Positions 39,914-49,666 are shown, counted from the stretch's first letter. The stretch: DNA of 64,000 nucleotides from an uncultured delta proteobacterium (GCA_963771465.1 CAVYTU010000013.1:96001-160000), one strand, 5' to 3'. The notes: a model not told the origin generated them from the sequence alone. Numbers and translations are program-made.

Positions 39914-40540
39914 ATGAAGCTCTATATCACCCCGGGCTCTCCCTATGCGCGCATCGCACGAGTCGTAGTTCTCGAGAAGGGATTGGAAAGCCGAGTCGAA
40001 ATCATCGGAGCACAGACACGTCGTGCGGACAGTCCGTACTACAGTGTCAATCCATCGGGTCGTGTCCCGTATCTCATCCGCAACGACAGCGTCGGACTGG
40101 AAGATTCCGCAGTCATCTGCGCTTACCTCGACCATCTCGACGGCAACCCGCTCTTCGATTTGCCGGCCGGTGATCAGGGGTGGGAGGCACGACGGCTCGA
40201 GGCCCTGGCGAGAAGCATGTTGGACGGTCTCGCAGTTTGGGGCCGTGAGATCGTGCGGCCTCAGAACGAGCAATCGCCCACAGTCCTACAACACGAAGCA
40301 CAACGTAGCGAACGAATGGCTGACCTCTGGGAGGTAGAAATCGAGCATCCGCTGATGCGCGGCGCACTCAACCTCGCGCAGATCACGCTCGCCTGTGCTC
40401 TCGGGTTCGAAGCTCGCATTCCCGATCTTCATTGGCGGCCAGGGCATCCGAAGTTGAGCGATTGGTTCGGTTACATCGGATCACGCCCGTCGATCGCAGC
40501 GACTGCGCCACCGAGTGCAATATTGGCACTTCGGTCGTAG
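39914..40540 (+). CDS. Glutathione S-transferase family protein
   Basis: SPYARIARV, NPSGRVP.L, LEDS.VICAYLD. Confidence 0.9.
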   Translation: MKLYITPGSPYARIARVVVLEKGLESRVEIIGAQTRRADSPYYSVNPSGRVPYLIRNDSVGLEDSAVICAYLDHLDGNPLFDLPAGDQGWEARRLEALARSMLDGLAVWGREIVRPQNEQSPTVLQHEAQRSERMADLWEVEIEHPLMRGALNLAQITLACALGFEARIPDLHWRPGHPKLSDWFGYIGSRPSIAATAPPSAILALRS

Positions 40541-40693
40541 ATTGGCTTTCGGTAGGCGACTTCAAGCTTTTTTAAGCGGCTGAGTACGGGTTATCCAAAC
40601 GCTGTGCAAGACGGCGGAGACGACAGCCCCAATAGGCTCTTGGACCACAACCGGGTGCTGGACGCACTCAGTAGTAAATTATACGCTAGTGGC

Positions 40694-41185
40694 ATGAATC
40701 GGCGAGAACTTGTTGTGAACGGATTGCTTCTGGCGGGAGCGTTTTCCTTGTCTCCGGCTCACTCGTTAGGCGCTGGCGGCCATGTTTACAAACTGGCACC
40801 AGTGTCGATGCTTCCAGAGGGTTTGAGAAATACTCCTTCGGAAATCCGGGACGCTTATCGCTTCGCTGTCCTCAATCGAGAAACGCTCCGCTACATTCCT
40901 TGTTACTGCGGCTGCGTCAACGACGGCCACACAAGTAATGCATCATGCTATGTAAAGGACAAATCGCCGCCAGACAAACCCGAATTCGACCCCATGAGCA
41001 TTGGTTGAAAAATCTGTATAGGCATCACGCGTGACGTGATGAAGATGATGGATGAAGGCAAAAGATTGAAAGACATCCGAACGTACATCGAGAAGACGTA
41101 CAGTCACAACGGACCGTCGACTCCGACTCCACCCGTTCCTGGGGACTCGATCAAGATTAACGAGGTTTGGTTAAAACGAAAGTGA
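40694..41185 (+). CDS. PCYCGC-motif protein with Tat-like signal and putative Sec (UxxC, TGA 41006-41008)
   Basis: MNRRELV signal; YIPCYCGC...GH.SN..CY. Readthrough FDPMSIG-U-KIC-IGITRDVMKMMDEGKRLKDIRTYIEKTYS..GPSTPTP restores the family C-terminus. Confidence 0.8.
41023..41041 (+). promoter_or_regulatory. SECIS-like hairpin
   Basis: CATCACG-CGTGA-CGTGATG, 14 nt after the TGA; GT in the loop. Confidence 0.7.
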
Positions 41186-41192
41186 GGAAGTC

Positions 41193-41462
41193 ATGAAAAA
41201 GATTCTTTTTGGACTTATCGTGGGCATGCTGGTCGCCTCGGCAGTGGGCGCGTATCAGGCCGAAGAGCATAAGAGCGGTTCTCCAATGGGTGGAATGATG
41301 CAGGGGATGAAGGGAATGATGGGAGAGCAAAAGCCGGGTGAGCAGTCGCAGGACATGATGCAAGGTATGAAGGAAATGATGACCAGGATGACGAAGATGA
41401 TGGATATTTGCAGCCAGATGATGGGCAACAGCTCAGATCGGCAGCCCTCAGAAAAGAAATAA
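41193..41462 (+). CDS. Small secreted Met-rich protein (possible Cu/metal binder)
   Basis: Signal peptide; repeated MMQGMK and MMDICSQMM. Confidence 0.7.
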   Translation: MKKILFGLIVGMLVASAVGAYQAEEHKSGSPMGGMMQGMKGMMGEQKPGEQSQDMMQGMKEMMTRMTKMMDICSQMMGNSSDRQPSEKK

Positions 41463-41471
41463 CCCGTTGTT

Positions 41472-42110
41472 ATGGACGACTGTTGTCAGGAGAAAGAAGC
41501 CGAACTTGCCGCGATGCAAGCGACACACGGTCGCGTATTGAGGATTGTTCTCGCGATCAATGCGGTCTTTTTTCTGATTGAGTTCACCGCGGGTATTTTC
41601 GCCAACTCGACCGCTCTTCTGGCGGACTCATTGGATATGCTCGGAGATGCTTTTGTTTACGGCCTTAGCCTATTTGTGTTGTCACGGAGTGTTAAATGGA
41701 AAGCTGGTGCATCGATCGCGAAAGGCGTCATTATGGTCGCCTTTGGCATCGGCGTACTTCTGGAAGCCTTTTATAAAGGTATGACTGGCCAAGTGCCAGT
41801 TTCTGAAACGATCGGACTGATTGGTGCGCTGGCTCTCTTGGCCAACTTAGTGTGTTTTGCACTTCTGTATGGATACCGAGCTGATAATCTCAACATGCGC
41901 TCTACGTGGCTCTGTTCGCGAAACGACATAATAGCAAACGCTGGCGTTTTAGTAGCGGCCTTCGGGGTGTACGCAACTCAAGCCGTATGGCCGGACGTTC
42001 TGATCGGTGGCGCTATAGCCCTACTGTTTCTGAAATCGGCCTTAACCGTGCTTACCGAATCTTTTAGCGAATTTAAGCGTGCGAAGCCGGTTCCTTCCTG
42101 CTCGATCTAA
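41472..42110 (+). CDS. Cation diffusion facilitator (CDF) family transporter, TM domain only
   Basis: MDDCC N-terminus; STALLADSLDMLGD, WLCSRND, WPD. Confidence 0.88.
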   Translation: MDDCCQEKEAELAAMQATHGRVLRIVLAINAVFFLIEFTAGIFANSTALLADSLDMLGDAFVYGLSLFVLSRSVKWKAGASIAKGVIMVAFGIGVLLEAFYKGMTGQVPVSETIGLIGALALLANLVCFALLYGYRADNLNMRSTWLCSRNDIIANAGVLVAAFGVYATQAVWPDVLIGGAIALLFLKSALTVLTESFSEFKRAKPVPSCSI

Positions 42111-42498
42111 GTCGAGCGAATTTCTGCCGTCTTCGCCTTCGGTCCGCGCTTCTTTGCTCCGGGTGCCGCGATCTTCTTTCCGCCAATGACGACGTGACCG
42201 ACTTTCAACGCGTGGCGCCATAACATTAGTCCGGCGCACATTCTGAATCGACCGATCGCGCCGTGGCGGTCCATATCGACGTTGGGCGGAGTCCTGCCAT
42301 TTTCCTTCAAAAACCTTTAAACGCTGCCCAAATCAAATGCCCTTTGCTTCTAGCGAATGCGTTATTCTTGCGCGCAGCCTTTGCGGAGAGTAACTTCAAA
42401 AAATCCGGTCTTTATATTATTGGTTAGGGCCGCAGTTATATCGAAGAACATTCGGCAAACATTTCGACCTTGAACGTACAAAGGAAGGACCATCAGCT

Positions 42499-43521
42499 AT
42501 GAACACGTTGTCGCCAGCACGCATTATGGAAGTTGGCCTGGCCTTTTGGCCAGCGAAAGTTCTGCTCTCTGCGCTCGAGGTCGGACTGTTCACGAAACTG
42601 AGCGCCAATTCCATGACTGGCCACGATCTGCAGCTTGCGCTTGGCTTGCATTCGCGCGCTAATCCCGATTTTTTCGACACGCTTGTGGCGCTGCAATTTC
42701 TGGAGCGTGACGGCGATGGCCCTGAGGCACGATATCGCAACACAGAGGAAACCGCTTTGTTCCTCGATCGGCACAGCCCACAGTTTATGGGCGGCTTCTT
42801 AGAAATGGCCAACGCTCGCCTTTATCGATTCTGGGGCGATCTCACTGATGGACTTCGAACCGGCAAGCCGCAGAACGAGATCAAACACACCGGCACGTCC
42901 ATGTTCGCTGAGCTTTACAGCAAGCCCGAACGGCTTGAGCAATTCATGGACGCGATGAGCGGCATTTCTGCGGGCAATTTTCAGGCCTTTGCCGACAAGT
43001 TCGATTTCTCCCGTTATCAAACCGTCTGTGACGTGGGTGGCGCGACCGGTCAGTTGTCAATGTTTGTCGCCAGCAAGCACCCACACCTTCGATGCACTTC
43101 TGTAGACCTTCCGGAGGCCACCCGAATCGCGGAGCGGAAAATAGCGGCTGCAGGACTCACCGATCGGGTCGCCGCGAAGTCTCTTGATTTCTTCGCGAAC
43201 CCGTTGCCAAAGGCTGATGTGATCACGATGGGCATGATACTCCACGACTGGAATTTGGAGCAGAAAATGCACCTCGTCCGTGCCGCCTACGATGCCCTGC
43301 CTCCCGGGGGAGCGTTCGTCGTCATTGAGAACCTGATCGATGACTCAAGACGTGAGAACACATTCGGGCTCCTCATGTCGCTCAACATGTTGGTCGAGTT
43401 CGGCGATGCGTTCGACTTCACTGCCGCTGATTTCTTTGGCTGGTGTCGCGAGGTCGGCTTCAGTAGGACCGAGGTGATTCCGTTGGCGGGTCCTGCAAGT
43501 GCCGGCGTGGCTTACAAGTAA
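42499..43521 (+). CDS. O-methyltransferase (ASMT/Methyltransf_2 family)
   Basis: Dimerisation N-terminus; DVGGATG, DFF, ILHDW. Confidence 0.9.
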   Translation: MNTLSPARIMEVGLAFWPAKVLLSALEVGLFTKLSANSMTGHDLQLALGLHSRANPDFFDTLVALQFLERDGDGPEARYRNTEETALFLDRHSPQFMGGFLEMANARLYRFWGDLTDGLRTGKPQNEIKHTGTSMFAELYSKPERLEQFMDAMSGISAGNFQAFADKFDFSRYQTVCDVGGATGQLSMFVASKHPHLRCTSVDLPEATRIAERKIAAAGLTDRVAAKSLDFFANPLPKADVITMGMILHDWNLEQKMHLVRAAYDALPPGGAFVVIENLIDDSRRENTFGLLMSLNMLVEFGDAFDFTAADFFGWCREVGFSRTEVIPLAGPASAGVAYK

Positions 43522-43580
43522 CGGAAGCGGAACGGTCGGTTGGCGGAGCGCTGGAGTAATGGAGTGATGGGTTCAGGGAG

Positions 43581-45026
43581 ATGATGATGAGTAGATTCGT
43601 CTTTCGCTTGCGCATGATCTGTCTCTCGGTGCTGTTTGTTTTCCTAGCGCCGGCGGTTTTATGGAGCCAGAGCAGACCGATTGCTGTCGTCGGTGCAACG
43701 TTGATCGACGGCACGGGGCGAGCGGCTGTTGCGGATTCTGTAGTCGTCATTCGCGACGGCAGGTTTCAGGAAGTCGGCGAACGGGGCAAGGTGTCGATTC
43801 CACAAGGCGCCGAAATCGTCGACGCCAAGGGAAAGAGCGTTCTTCCCGGATTGATCGATGGCCACTGCCACTATCGCGATTGGATGGGTGAAATCTATCT
43901 CGCCTACGGTGTGGTCACCTGTCCGAATATTTCCAACAATCCGGTGGACTGGATCATCGCGCAGCGCGAAGGCGCGAAGAACGGTAGCGTGCGCGGGCCG
44001 CGGGTGTGGGCTTCGGCAAACATCATCGACGGTCCGCCGCCCGAGGGAACCGATGTGCTGAGGCGCCAACGCACCAGCATCATCGTCGATAGCGAAGAGG
44101 AAGCACGGCAAGCCGTTCGTAGTTTGGTGGAGAAAGGTGTCGACGGCATAAAGTTATTCGAGCGCTTGAAACCGCAAGTCGCCAAGGCAGCGGCGGACGA
44201 GGCGCATAAGCTCGGGCGACCGGTGTTCGGTCACACTCTCGATATTTTCACCGCGGCGGAAAATGGTTATCAGTCCGTCGAACATTCGTGGTCGGTGGTT
44301 TACACGTCGATCCAAGACCCGAAAAAGAAACACGAGCTGGACATCGGTCGCATGTTGCGGAAAGTAGACACCGACGAAGTCCATGCTCATATGGAACCAG
44401 CGATGTTCGATAAGATCGTCAAAACGATGATCGCCAAGAACGTGCATTGGAGCACGACCTGGGCGACGTGGTTTCGACCGCTTTCGACTTATGCGGAGGA
44501 GATGAAGCGCCGCGAGCTGGCGCTGCTGAAAAACCCGCAACTAAAATATCTGCCGGCCTACATTCTCAAGGACACGGAAAGCTTTTTTGCGAAGTATGAA
44601 AAGATGGCGCCGGAAAAGCGCAATTCAATTGTGGCCGGTTACAAGATGCTTCAGGACTTTGTCCGCAAGTTCGCAGCGGCGGGCGGCAAGATTCACACCG
44701 GCTCCGATCCCAATCACGTCGTCCCCGGATACGCCATGCACGCCGAATTACAAATGCTCGTCGAAGCGGGACTGACGCCGCTGCAAGCGATTCGAACCGC
44801 GGCGCTCAATGTCGCTGAAGCGTGGGGCAGGGAGAAAGATTTTGGCAGCGTCGAGAAAGGCAAGGTGGCGGATTTGGTGATTGTGCGCGGTGACGTGCTG
44901 AAGAATATTTCGGCCACGCAGGACGTCGAGATGGTATTTATCGACGGTAAAAAAGTCGACACGTCGTTTCACGCCGACTACAAGAATCCGCTGCCGCGGC
45001 CGATCGAAGATCGGCCGGAGCAATGA
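43581..45026 (+). CDS. Secreted amidohydrolase family protein
   Basis: PGLIDGHCH, GSD, GSVEKGKVADLV. Confidence 0.88.
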   Translation: MMMSRFVFRLRMICLSVLFVFLAPAVLWSQSRPIAVVGATLIDGTGRAAVADSVVVIRDGRFQEVGERGKVSIPQGAEIVDAKGKSVLPGLIDGHCHYRDWMGEIYLAYGVVTCPNISNNPVDWIIAQREGAKNGSVRGPRVWASANIIDGPPPEGTDVLRRQRTSIIVDSEEEARQAVRSLVEKGVDGIKLFERLKPQVAKAAADEAHKLGRPVFGHTLDIFTAAENGYQSVEHSWSVVYTSIQDPKKKHELDIGRMLRKVDTDEVHAHMEPAMFDKIVKTMIAKNVHWSTTWATWFRPLSTYAEEMKRRELALLKNPQLKYLPAYILKDTESFFAKYEKMAPEKRNSIVAGYKMLQDFVRKFAAAGGKIHTGSDPNHVVPGYAMHAELQMLVEAGLTPLQAIRTAALNVAEAWGREKDFGSVEKGKVADLVIVRGDVLKNISATQDVEMVFIDGKKVDTSFHADYKNPLPRPIEDRPEQ

Positions 45027-45039
45027 AACGAGTCATTGA

Positions 45040-46197
45040 ATGAAGAACAGCCGCGGCATCAAATCGGTTCGTCGTTCTTTTTCCTCGCCCTCCGCCAGGA
45101 GGGAGAGGATGAAGGTGAGGGTGGTTCATCTTCGAGGGACCCTCACTCCGGCCCTCTCCCGCTTTGCGGGCGAGGGGGCAGCTCTCTCTCGCGTCTTACA
45201 TCTTATTCATGCGTTGGTGCTCTACGTGTGGGTGTTTGTTCCGACAAGTTTGATGGCTGCTGATTTACACGCTCTTACTGTCCTTTCCTACCCCGATCGT
45301 CCGGCGAAGTTACCGCTTTGGTTGGCCCAGGATGCCGGGTTGTTCGAAAAATACGGCTTGAAAGTTGAAATCAGAACGCCAAAGTCCGGCGAAGAATTGG
45401 TCGAGCGGGCCGGCCGTGATGAAGCGGAAATTTATGTCGCCACGGCGAACTGGATAGTATCGGCGGTTGGCGACGGCAAAGATTTAGTGTTTTTCGCCAA
45501 CACGGGTTACAGCGTGCTCAAGCTATTGGCGCATCCGTCGATCGCGCGGCCGGAACAATTAAAAGGCAAAAGAATCGGCACCGGCGAAGCCAATAGTTCC
45601 CAGGACCGGATCACGCGCGAAACTTTGCGCCGGCTAGGATTGGACCCTGAGCGCGATGTCACGCTGGTGCCGTTCGGCAGCCGGAGCGTGCAGCGAGTAA
45701 ATGCTTTGATCAAGGGCGAGATCGATGCGACCACCAGTAACGAAGACAATATCTTTGATCTGGAACGGCGCGGTGAGATTAACAAAGTTCGCGTGCTGGC
45801 CGACAACGATAGTCTCAAACTCTACATCGGCGCCGGCGTGGATTTCGCCGTGACGCGCACCTTGCTAACGAGCTCGCGCGACATTGTCAAAAAATTTGTC
45901 CGAGCGCTCAGCGAAGCGATTTCTCTGGCGCGGCGCGAGCGCGCTGCGGCGGATAGGATTTATGCGCGCTATTTGAAAGTGAACGATCCAGCGCTGCTCG
46001 ATTTCATGTATCGCACCTACGTGCAAGGTGCGATTCCCGAGCGGCCGTTTCCTCGGCTAGAAAATGTCGCGCTGGGCATCGCGGAGTTTGCTTCGAAGCC
46101 CGGACTTAAGGGAAAGACCGCGGAAGCGATCACCGATTCCGCGCTTGTCCGTGACCTGCAGCAGGAAGGATTTTTTAGCCAACTCTATCGCAAGTAG
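45040..46197 (+). CDS. ABC transporter substrate-binding protein (true start probably downstream, ~45210)
   Basis: GLFEKYGLKVE, LKGKRIG, LGLDPERDV; the 5' extension of the ORF runs through a REP element. Confidence 0.8.
   Translation: MKNSRGIKSVRRSFSSPSARRERMKVRVVHLRGTLTPALSRFAGEGAALSRVLHLIHALVLYVWVFVPTSLMAADLHALTVLSYPDRPAKLPLWLAQDAGLFEKYGLKVEIRTPKSGEELVERAGRDEAEIYVATANWIVSAVGDGKDLVFFANTGYSVLKLLAHPSIARPEQLKGKRIGTGEANSSQDRITRETLRRLGLDPERDVTLVPFGSRSVQRVNALIKGEIDATTSNEDNIFDLERRGEINKVRVLADNDSLKLYIGAGVDFAVTRTLLTSSRDIVKKFVRALSEAISLARRERAAADRIYARYLKVNDPALLDFMYRTYVQGAIPERPFPRLENVALGIAEFASKPGLKGKTAEAITDSALVRDLQQEGFFSQLYRK
45083..45178. repeat. REP-like pair (CCCTC...GAGGG family)
   Basis: CCTCGCCCTCC...GGAGGGAGAGG...GTGAGGGT / ACCCTCAC..CCCTCTCCCGC..GCGGGCGAGGG. 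Confidence 0.65.
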
Positions 46198-46326
46198 CCT
46201 GAACACGGCCTCTACAGCCAACAAAAGTTGACAGGCGCGAGACGTTCCTAATCGCAAGCAGAGCGACAACTAGGGCGGCGTGTCGTTCTGATGCGAACCG
46301 TCTTGTGACCACACAAATGGCTATGA

Positions 46327-46797
46327 TCACGATGAAAACCCGATCCACGGTTTTGGCCAGGGGACGCTCAGCAGATTGTCATAAACGCCGTAGAGAAAAC
46401 CCCAAGTGACCGCCGTCAACACTATCGCGGTCAACCAGCCGCCGCCGTATAACTTGACGTAGAGCAAAACAAACAGCGGCAGCGCGATCAGAAAGCCGAT
46501 CAGGTGGATGGCGAAGAAAAGTCCCCAGAGCCACGCCCAGATTTCCAAACTGCCCCAGCGGCCTTGATGCTCGATGGCCTGAACCTCGAATGTCGGGCGC
46601 ATGATGACTGAGCCCTCGGAGCGCGCGGCCTTGAAGTCTAGCCGCAGTTGCAGCAACGCGAGGACGACGCCGATGCTTCCCAGTAGAAGGATGATGATGG
46701 ACGCGCGCACCGGCCAATCCTTGGCGACGAACAAAGCCGCGACCATGACCAGACCGATGAACGCGGTAAAAAATAGTTGTTCCTTGGCGCGACTCAT
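46327..46797 (-). CDS. tctB: Tripartite tricarboxylate transporter TctB family
   Basis: Small multi-TM protein ending LSVPWP; TAATG overlap with tctA. Confidence 0.8.
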   Translation of the reverse strand: MSRAKEQLFFTAFIGLVMVAALFVAKDWPVRASIIILLLGSIGVVLALLQLRLDFKAARSEGSVIMRPTFEVQAIEHQGRWGSLEIWAWLWGLFFAIHLIGFLIALPLFVLLYVKLYGGGWLTAIVLTAVTWGFLYGVYDNLLSVPWPKPWIGFSS

Positions 46798-48287
46798 TAA
46801 GCCTCCGACAAAGACGTCTCGATTTTTCGTTTTCGCGCGGTGAGAATCGGGTACACAATGGATGCAATCACGAGCAGGATCAACACAATCACGGTGGGCC
46901 GCGCCAGCCATTCAAATCCATAGCGGGTGTACGAGAGCCAGAGATACAGTTCCATCTTGTCGCCCAGCACCATGCCCAGCACCAGTGGCGCGCGCGGCCA
47001 GCCGTAGCGGCGCATGAAGAAACCGAGGGAGGAGAAAATCATCAGCCCGGTAAGATCATAGGTGTGAAAGTTGGCCGCGAAGGCGCCGATGAAGACAAAA
47101 GCCACCACCGGCGGAACGATGGCGTAAAACGGCATGAAGCAAATCTTGGCTATGGGTTTGGCAAACACCATGCAGATCGCCGTGGCGAGAATATTGGCGA
47201 TGACCAATGTCCAGATCACGGCGAAGGTCAGGTTGAGCTGTGAGGTCAGCATGTCCGGGCCCGGCTTGATGCCGACGGCGATAAAGGCGGTAAGCACGAG
47301 CGCCGACGAAGTGCCGCCGGGAATGCCGAAGGCCAGTGTCGGAATGTAATCGCCGCCTTCCTTGGCGTTGTTCGAACCTTCCGACGCGATCACGCCGCGC
47401 ACGTCGCCCTTGCCGAAGTTCTCCCGGTTCTTTTCGGTCTGCACCGCGTGAGCGTAAGCGAACCAATCCGCCACCGAGCTGCCCAGACCGGGGAGAAAGC
47501 CGACCCAGACGCCGATGATCGAAGTGCGAATCAACAGCCACCAGTGAATGAAGACATCCTTGATGCCTTGCACGTAGCCGCGGCCAAATTCTTCCGCCTT
47601 GGCGATGGCGCCCTTGCGGCCGGCGAGATCGATGACTTCCGGGATGGCGAAGATGCCGAGGGCGACGAGAACCAGATCGATGCCTTCCCAAAAATACGAA
47701 ATATTGAACGCGTAACGCTCGATGCCGGATTTGGCGTCCAGGCCGACGGTTGAAATCAGCACGCCGAGAATGCCGCCGAGCAAGCCTTTGATGGGCGCGT
47801 TGCCGCTGAGAATGCCGACCATGCTCACGCCCCAGAGCGTGAGAATAAAAAATTCCGGCGAGCTAAAAGAAAGCACCAGCGGGCGCAGCACCGGTAACGA
47901 AGCAAATAGGACCAGCGCGCCGAAAATACCGCCCAGCAACGATGCCACGAACGAAGCGCTGAGCGCTCTGGCGCCTTCGCCGTTTTTCGCCATCGGATGG
48001 CCGTCGAGAATCGTCGCTTGGGAGCCCGTGCTGCCCGGCACTGAGATGAGAATCGAAGTAAACGCGCTGGCGGTGTTGCCGACTGCGTCCATGCCGACCA
48101 GGAGCGCAATGACGAGAAGCGGATCTTTCATCGTCATGACGAAGGGAAGCATGAGGGCGAGCGTGCTCGGCCCGCCGATGCCCGGCAAAAAGCCGACCAG
48201 GCTGCCGATGCCGACGCCGAGGCACATGAACATGAAGGCCTCGGGTTGAAGCACGCCGACCAAGCCTTCAAGAGCCGCCTCAAACAT
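46797..48287 (-). CDS. tctA: Tripartite tricarboxylate transporter TctA
   Basis: GFLPGIG, DGHPMAKNGE, SEGSNNAKEGG, GIPG, PGP. Confidence 0.92.
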   Translation of the reverse strand: MFEAALEGLVGVLQPEAFMFMCLGVGIGSLVGFLPGIGGPSTLALMLPFVMTMKDPLLVIALLVGMDAVGNTASAFTSILISVPGSTGSQATILDGHPMAKNGEGARALSASFVASLLGGIFGALVLFASLPVLRPLVLSFSSPEFFILTLWGVSMVGILSGNAPIKGLLGGILGVLISTVGLDAKSGIERYAFNISYFWEGIDLVLVALGIFAIPEVIDLAGRKGAIAKAEEFGRGYVQGIKDVFIHWWLLIRTSIIGVWVGFLPGLGSSVADWFAYAHAVQTEKNRENFGKGDVRGVIASEGSNNAKEGGDYIPTLAFGIPGGTSSALVLTAFIAVGIKPGPDMLTSQLNLTFAVIWTLVIANILATAICMVFAKPIAKICFMPFYAIVPPVVAFVFIGAFAANFHTYDLTGLMIFSSLGFFMRRYGWPRAPLVLGMVLGDKMELYLWLSYTRYGFEWLARPTVIVLILLVIASIVYPILTARKRKIETSLSEA

Positions 48288-48345
48288 TTTCGCTTCCGAG
48301 CGGTGACAAGACCGCGCTCGCCTGGATTACTTTCAGTAAAACTGT

Positions 48346-48517
48346 GATCGAGGTACAACCGTTCCGGAACGAAGGCAAAACAGTTGTGCCTTGAAGCTGC
48401 AAGCGCGGCCAGTTGCTTGTACGATCAGCTGTAAAGAAGTCAAACATCATGGCGAGTGCCGAGCACAAAATGAAACATTCGCGCCGGTGCCTTCGTTTCT
48501 CCAGGGTTAACCTGATC
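48346..48517 (-). ncRNA. ssrS: 6S RNA-like (copy 2)
   Basis: Collinear with 13621-13803; shared blocks GATCGAGGT.CAACC.TTCCGGAACGAAGG, CAGTTGTGCCTTGAAG, AGTTGCTT, GGTGCCTTCGTTTCTCCAGGGT; same stems. Confidence 0.7.
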
Positions 48518-48554
48518 GAGATGTTCTATTTCCTCGTGGCGTGAATAACCCACG

Positions 48555-49613
48555 TTAGGATTGTTTCTCGCCAAGCGGGAGATTGTATTTCTGACGCAGC
48601 TTGGTGATGAATTCCTTAGCGTCCTTCGAGATGCTGGTTTGTTCCCGAATCAGCTCCTCAAGCCTCTCCGCCGTGATAGGTTTCCAGCCGTCGCCGAAAA
48701 ACTTATCGCCTTCCTTGTCGACTTCGGGATCTTTCATGAGCTTGGCAAAGGCCTCGCGCAGCGAATGCAGCAGATGATCCGGCGTTCCGGGCGGCGCCAC
48801 CAAGAATTTATCCAGATCCGGCGAGCCGGCCCAGGCGACGAAGGCCTGCCAGGCCAATCCGGTCGGTTTTTTTGCGCCCAAGGTTTCAAGAAAGGTTGGA
48901 ACATCGGCGAAGTCCGTACGCCGCCGTTCATCCTCGGCGAGGAGAATCTGAACGATCCCCTCGCGCCGTAAATCGCCGACCAACTTGACGTTAGCTGTGG
49001 ACCAAACATCGATCTCGCCTTGGCGTATGGCCAACTGCAGTTCTCGACTGCCCGGATAGCCGTAAATCCAGCGCATGTTCCAGCCGAGATATTCGGTGGC
49101 CCACACAGTCATGGCGACCCAGGAACGAATTCCGTCCGAGTCGCCGACCACCACCGGCTTGGCACTGCGGTTGGTGAGCCGATCGCGGGCGTCATTGCGT
49201 ATCATCATTAGCGTCCCCGAGCGGGCGACACCGCCGATCATCTTGTTCTTTCTCGGGTCGTATTTGATCGTCGGCCCGCCGCGAACGAAGTTGCCGATGC
49301 CCGATGAGGAGTCCTGAAAAATCGTCAATCCATCCGGCTTGGCCTCTGTGGCAAAATAGTTGTTGGCGATTGTGCCGCCGCCGCCCGGCATGTTTTGCAC
49401 GAGCACTCGGGGATTTCCCGGCAAATATTTGCCGATGAACCGTGACACCAGTCTTGCCGCCGTGTCCGTGCCGCCGCCGGTTCCCGAGGAGACGAGGAGT
49501 TTGAGCGTCTTGCCCTCGTAGTAGGGCGCTTCAGCCGCGCCGGCCACCACTCCAGCTGCAAACACGCCCACAAAAAAAGCGCTGCCCACCAAGCCGTTAA
49601 TCATCCTCGACAT
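48555..49613 (-). CDS. tctC: TctC/Bug family substrate-binding protein
   Basis: GGGTDTAARL, PGNP.V.VQNMPGGGG, KPDGLT, GYPGS. Confidence 0.88.
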   Translation of the reverse strand: MSRMINGLVGSAFFVGVFAAGVVAGAAEAPYYEGKTLKLLVSSGTGGGTDTAARLVSRFIGKYLPGNPRVLVQNMPGGGGTIANNYFATEAKPDGLTIFQDSSSGIGNFVRGGPTIKYDPRKNKMIGGVARSGTLMMIRNDARDRLTNRSAKPVVVGDSDGIRSWVAMTVWATEYLGWNMRWIYGYPGSRELQLAIRQGEIDVWSTANVKLVGDLRREGIVQILLAEDERRRTDFADVPTFLETLGAKKPTGLAWQAFVAWAGSPDLDKFLVAPPGTPDHLLHSLREAFAKLMKDPEVDKEGDKFFGDGWKPITAERLEELIREQTSISKDAKEFITKLRQKYNLPLGEKQS

Positions 49614-49666
49614 AAAGTTTGATCCTTTTCTGCTCGGACAATGGACCCGTTGGCAAATCGGTTTGC

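Noticed and set aside
28779-41185. Reading the three in-frame TGAs as pseudogene nonsense mutations or as genome-wide TGA recoding
   Set aside because: Each TGA sits at a Cys/Sec-equivalent position with a hairpin 11-14 nt downstream, while many ordinary genes here end normally at TGA
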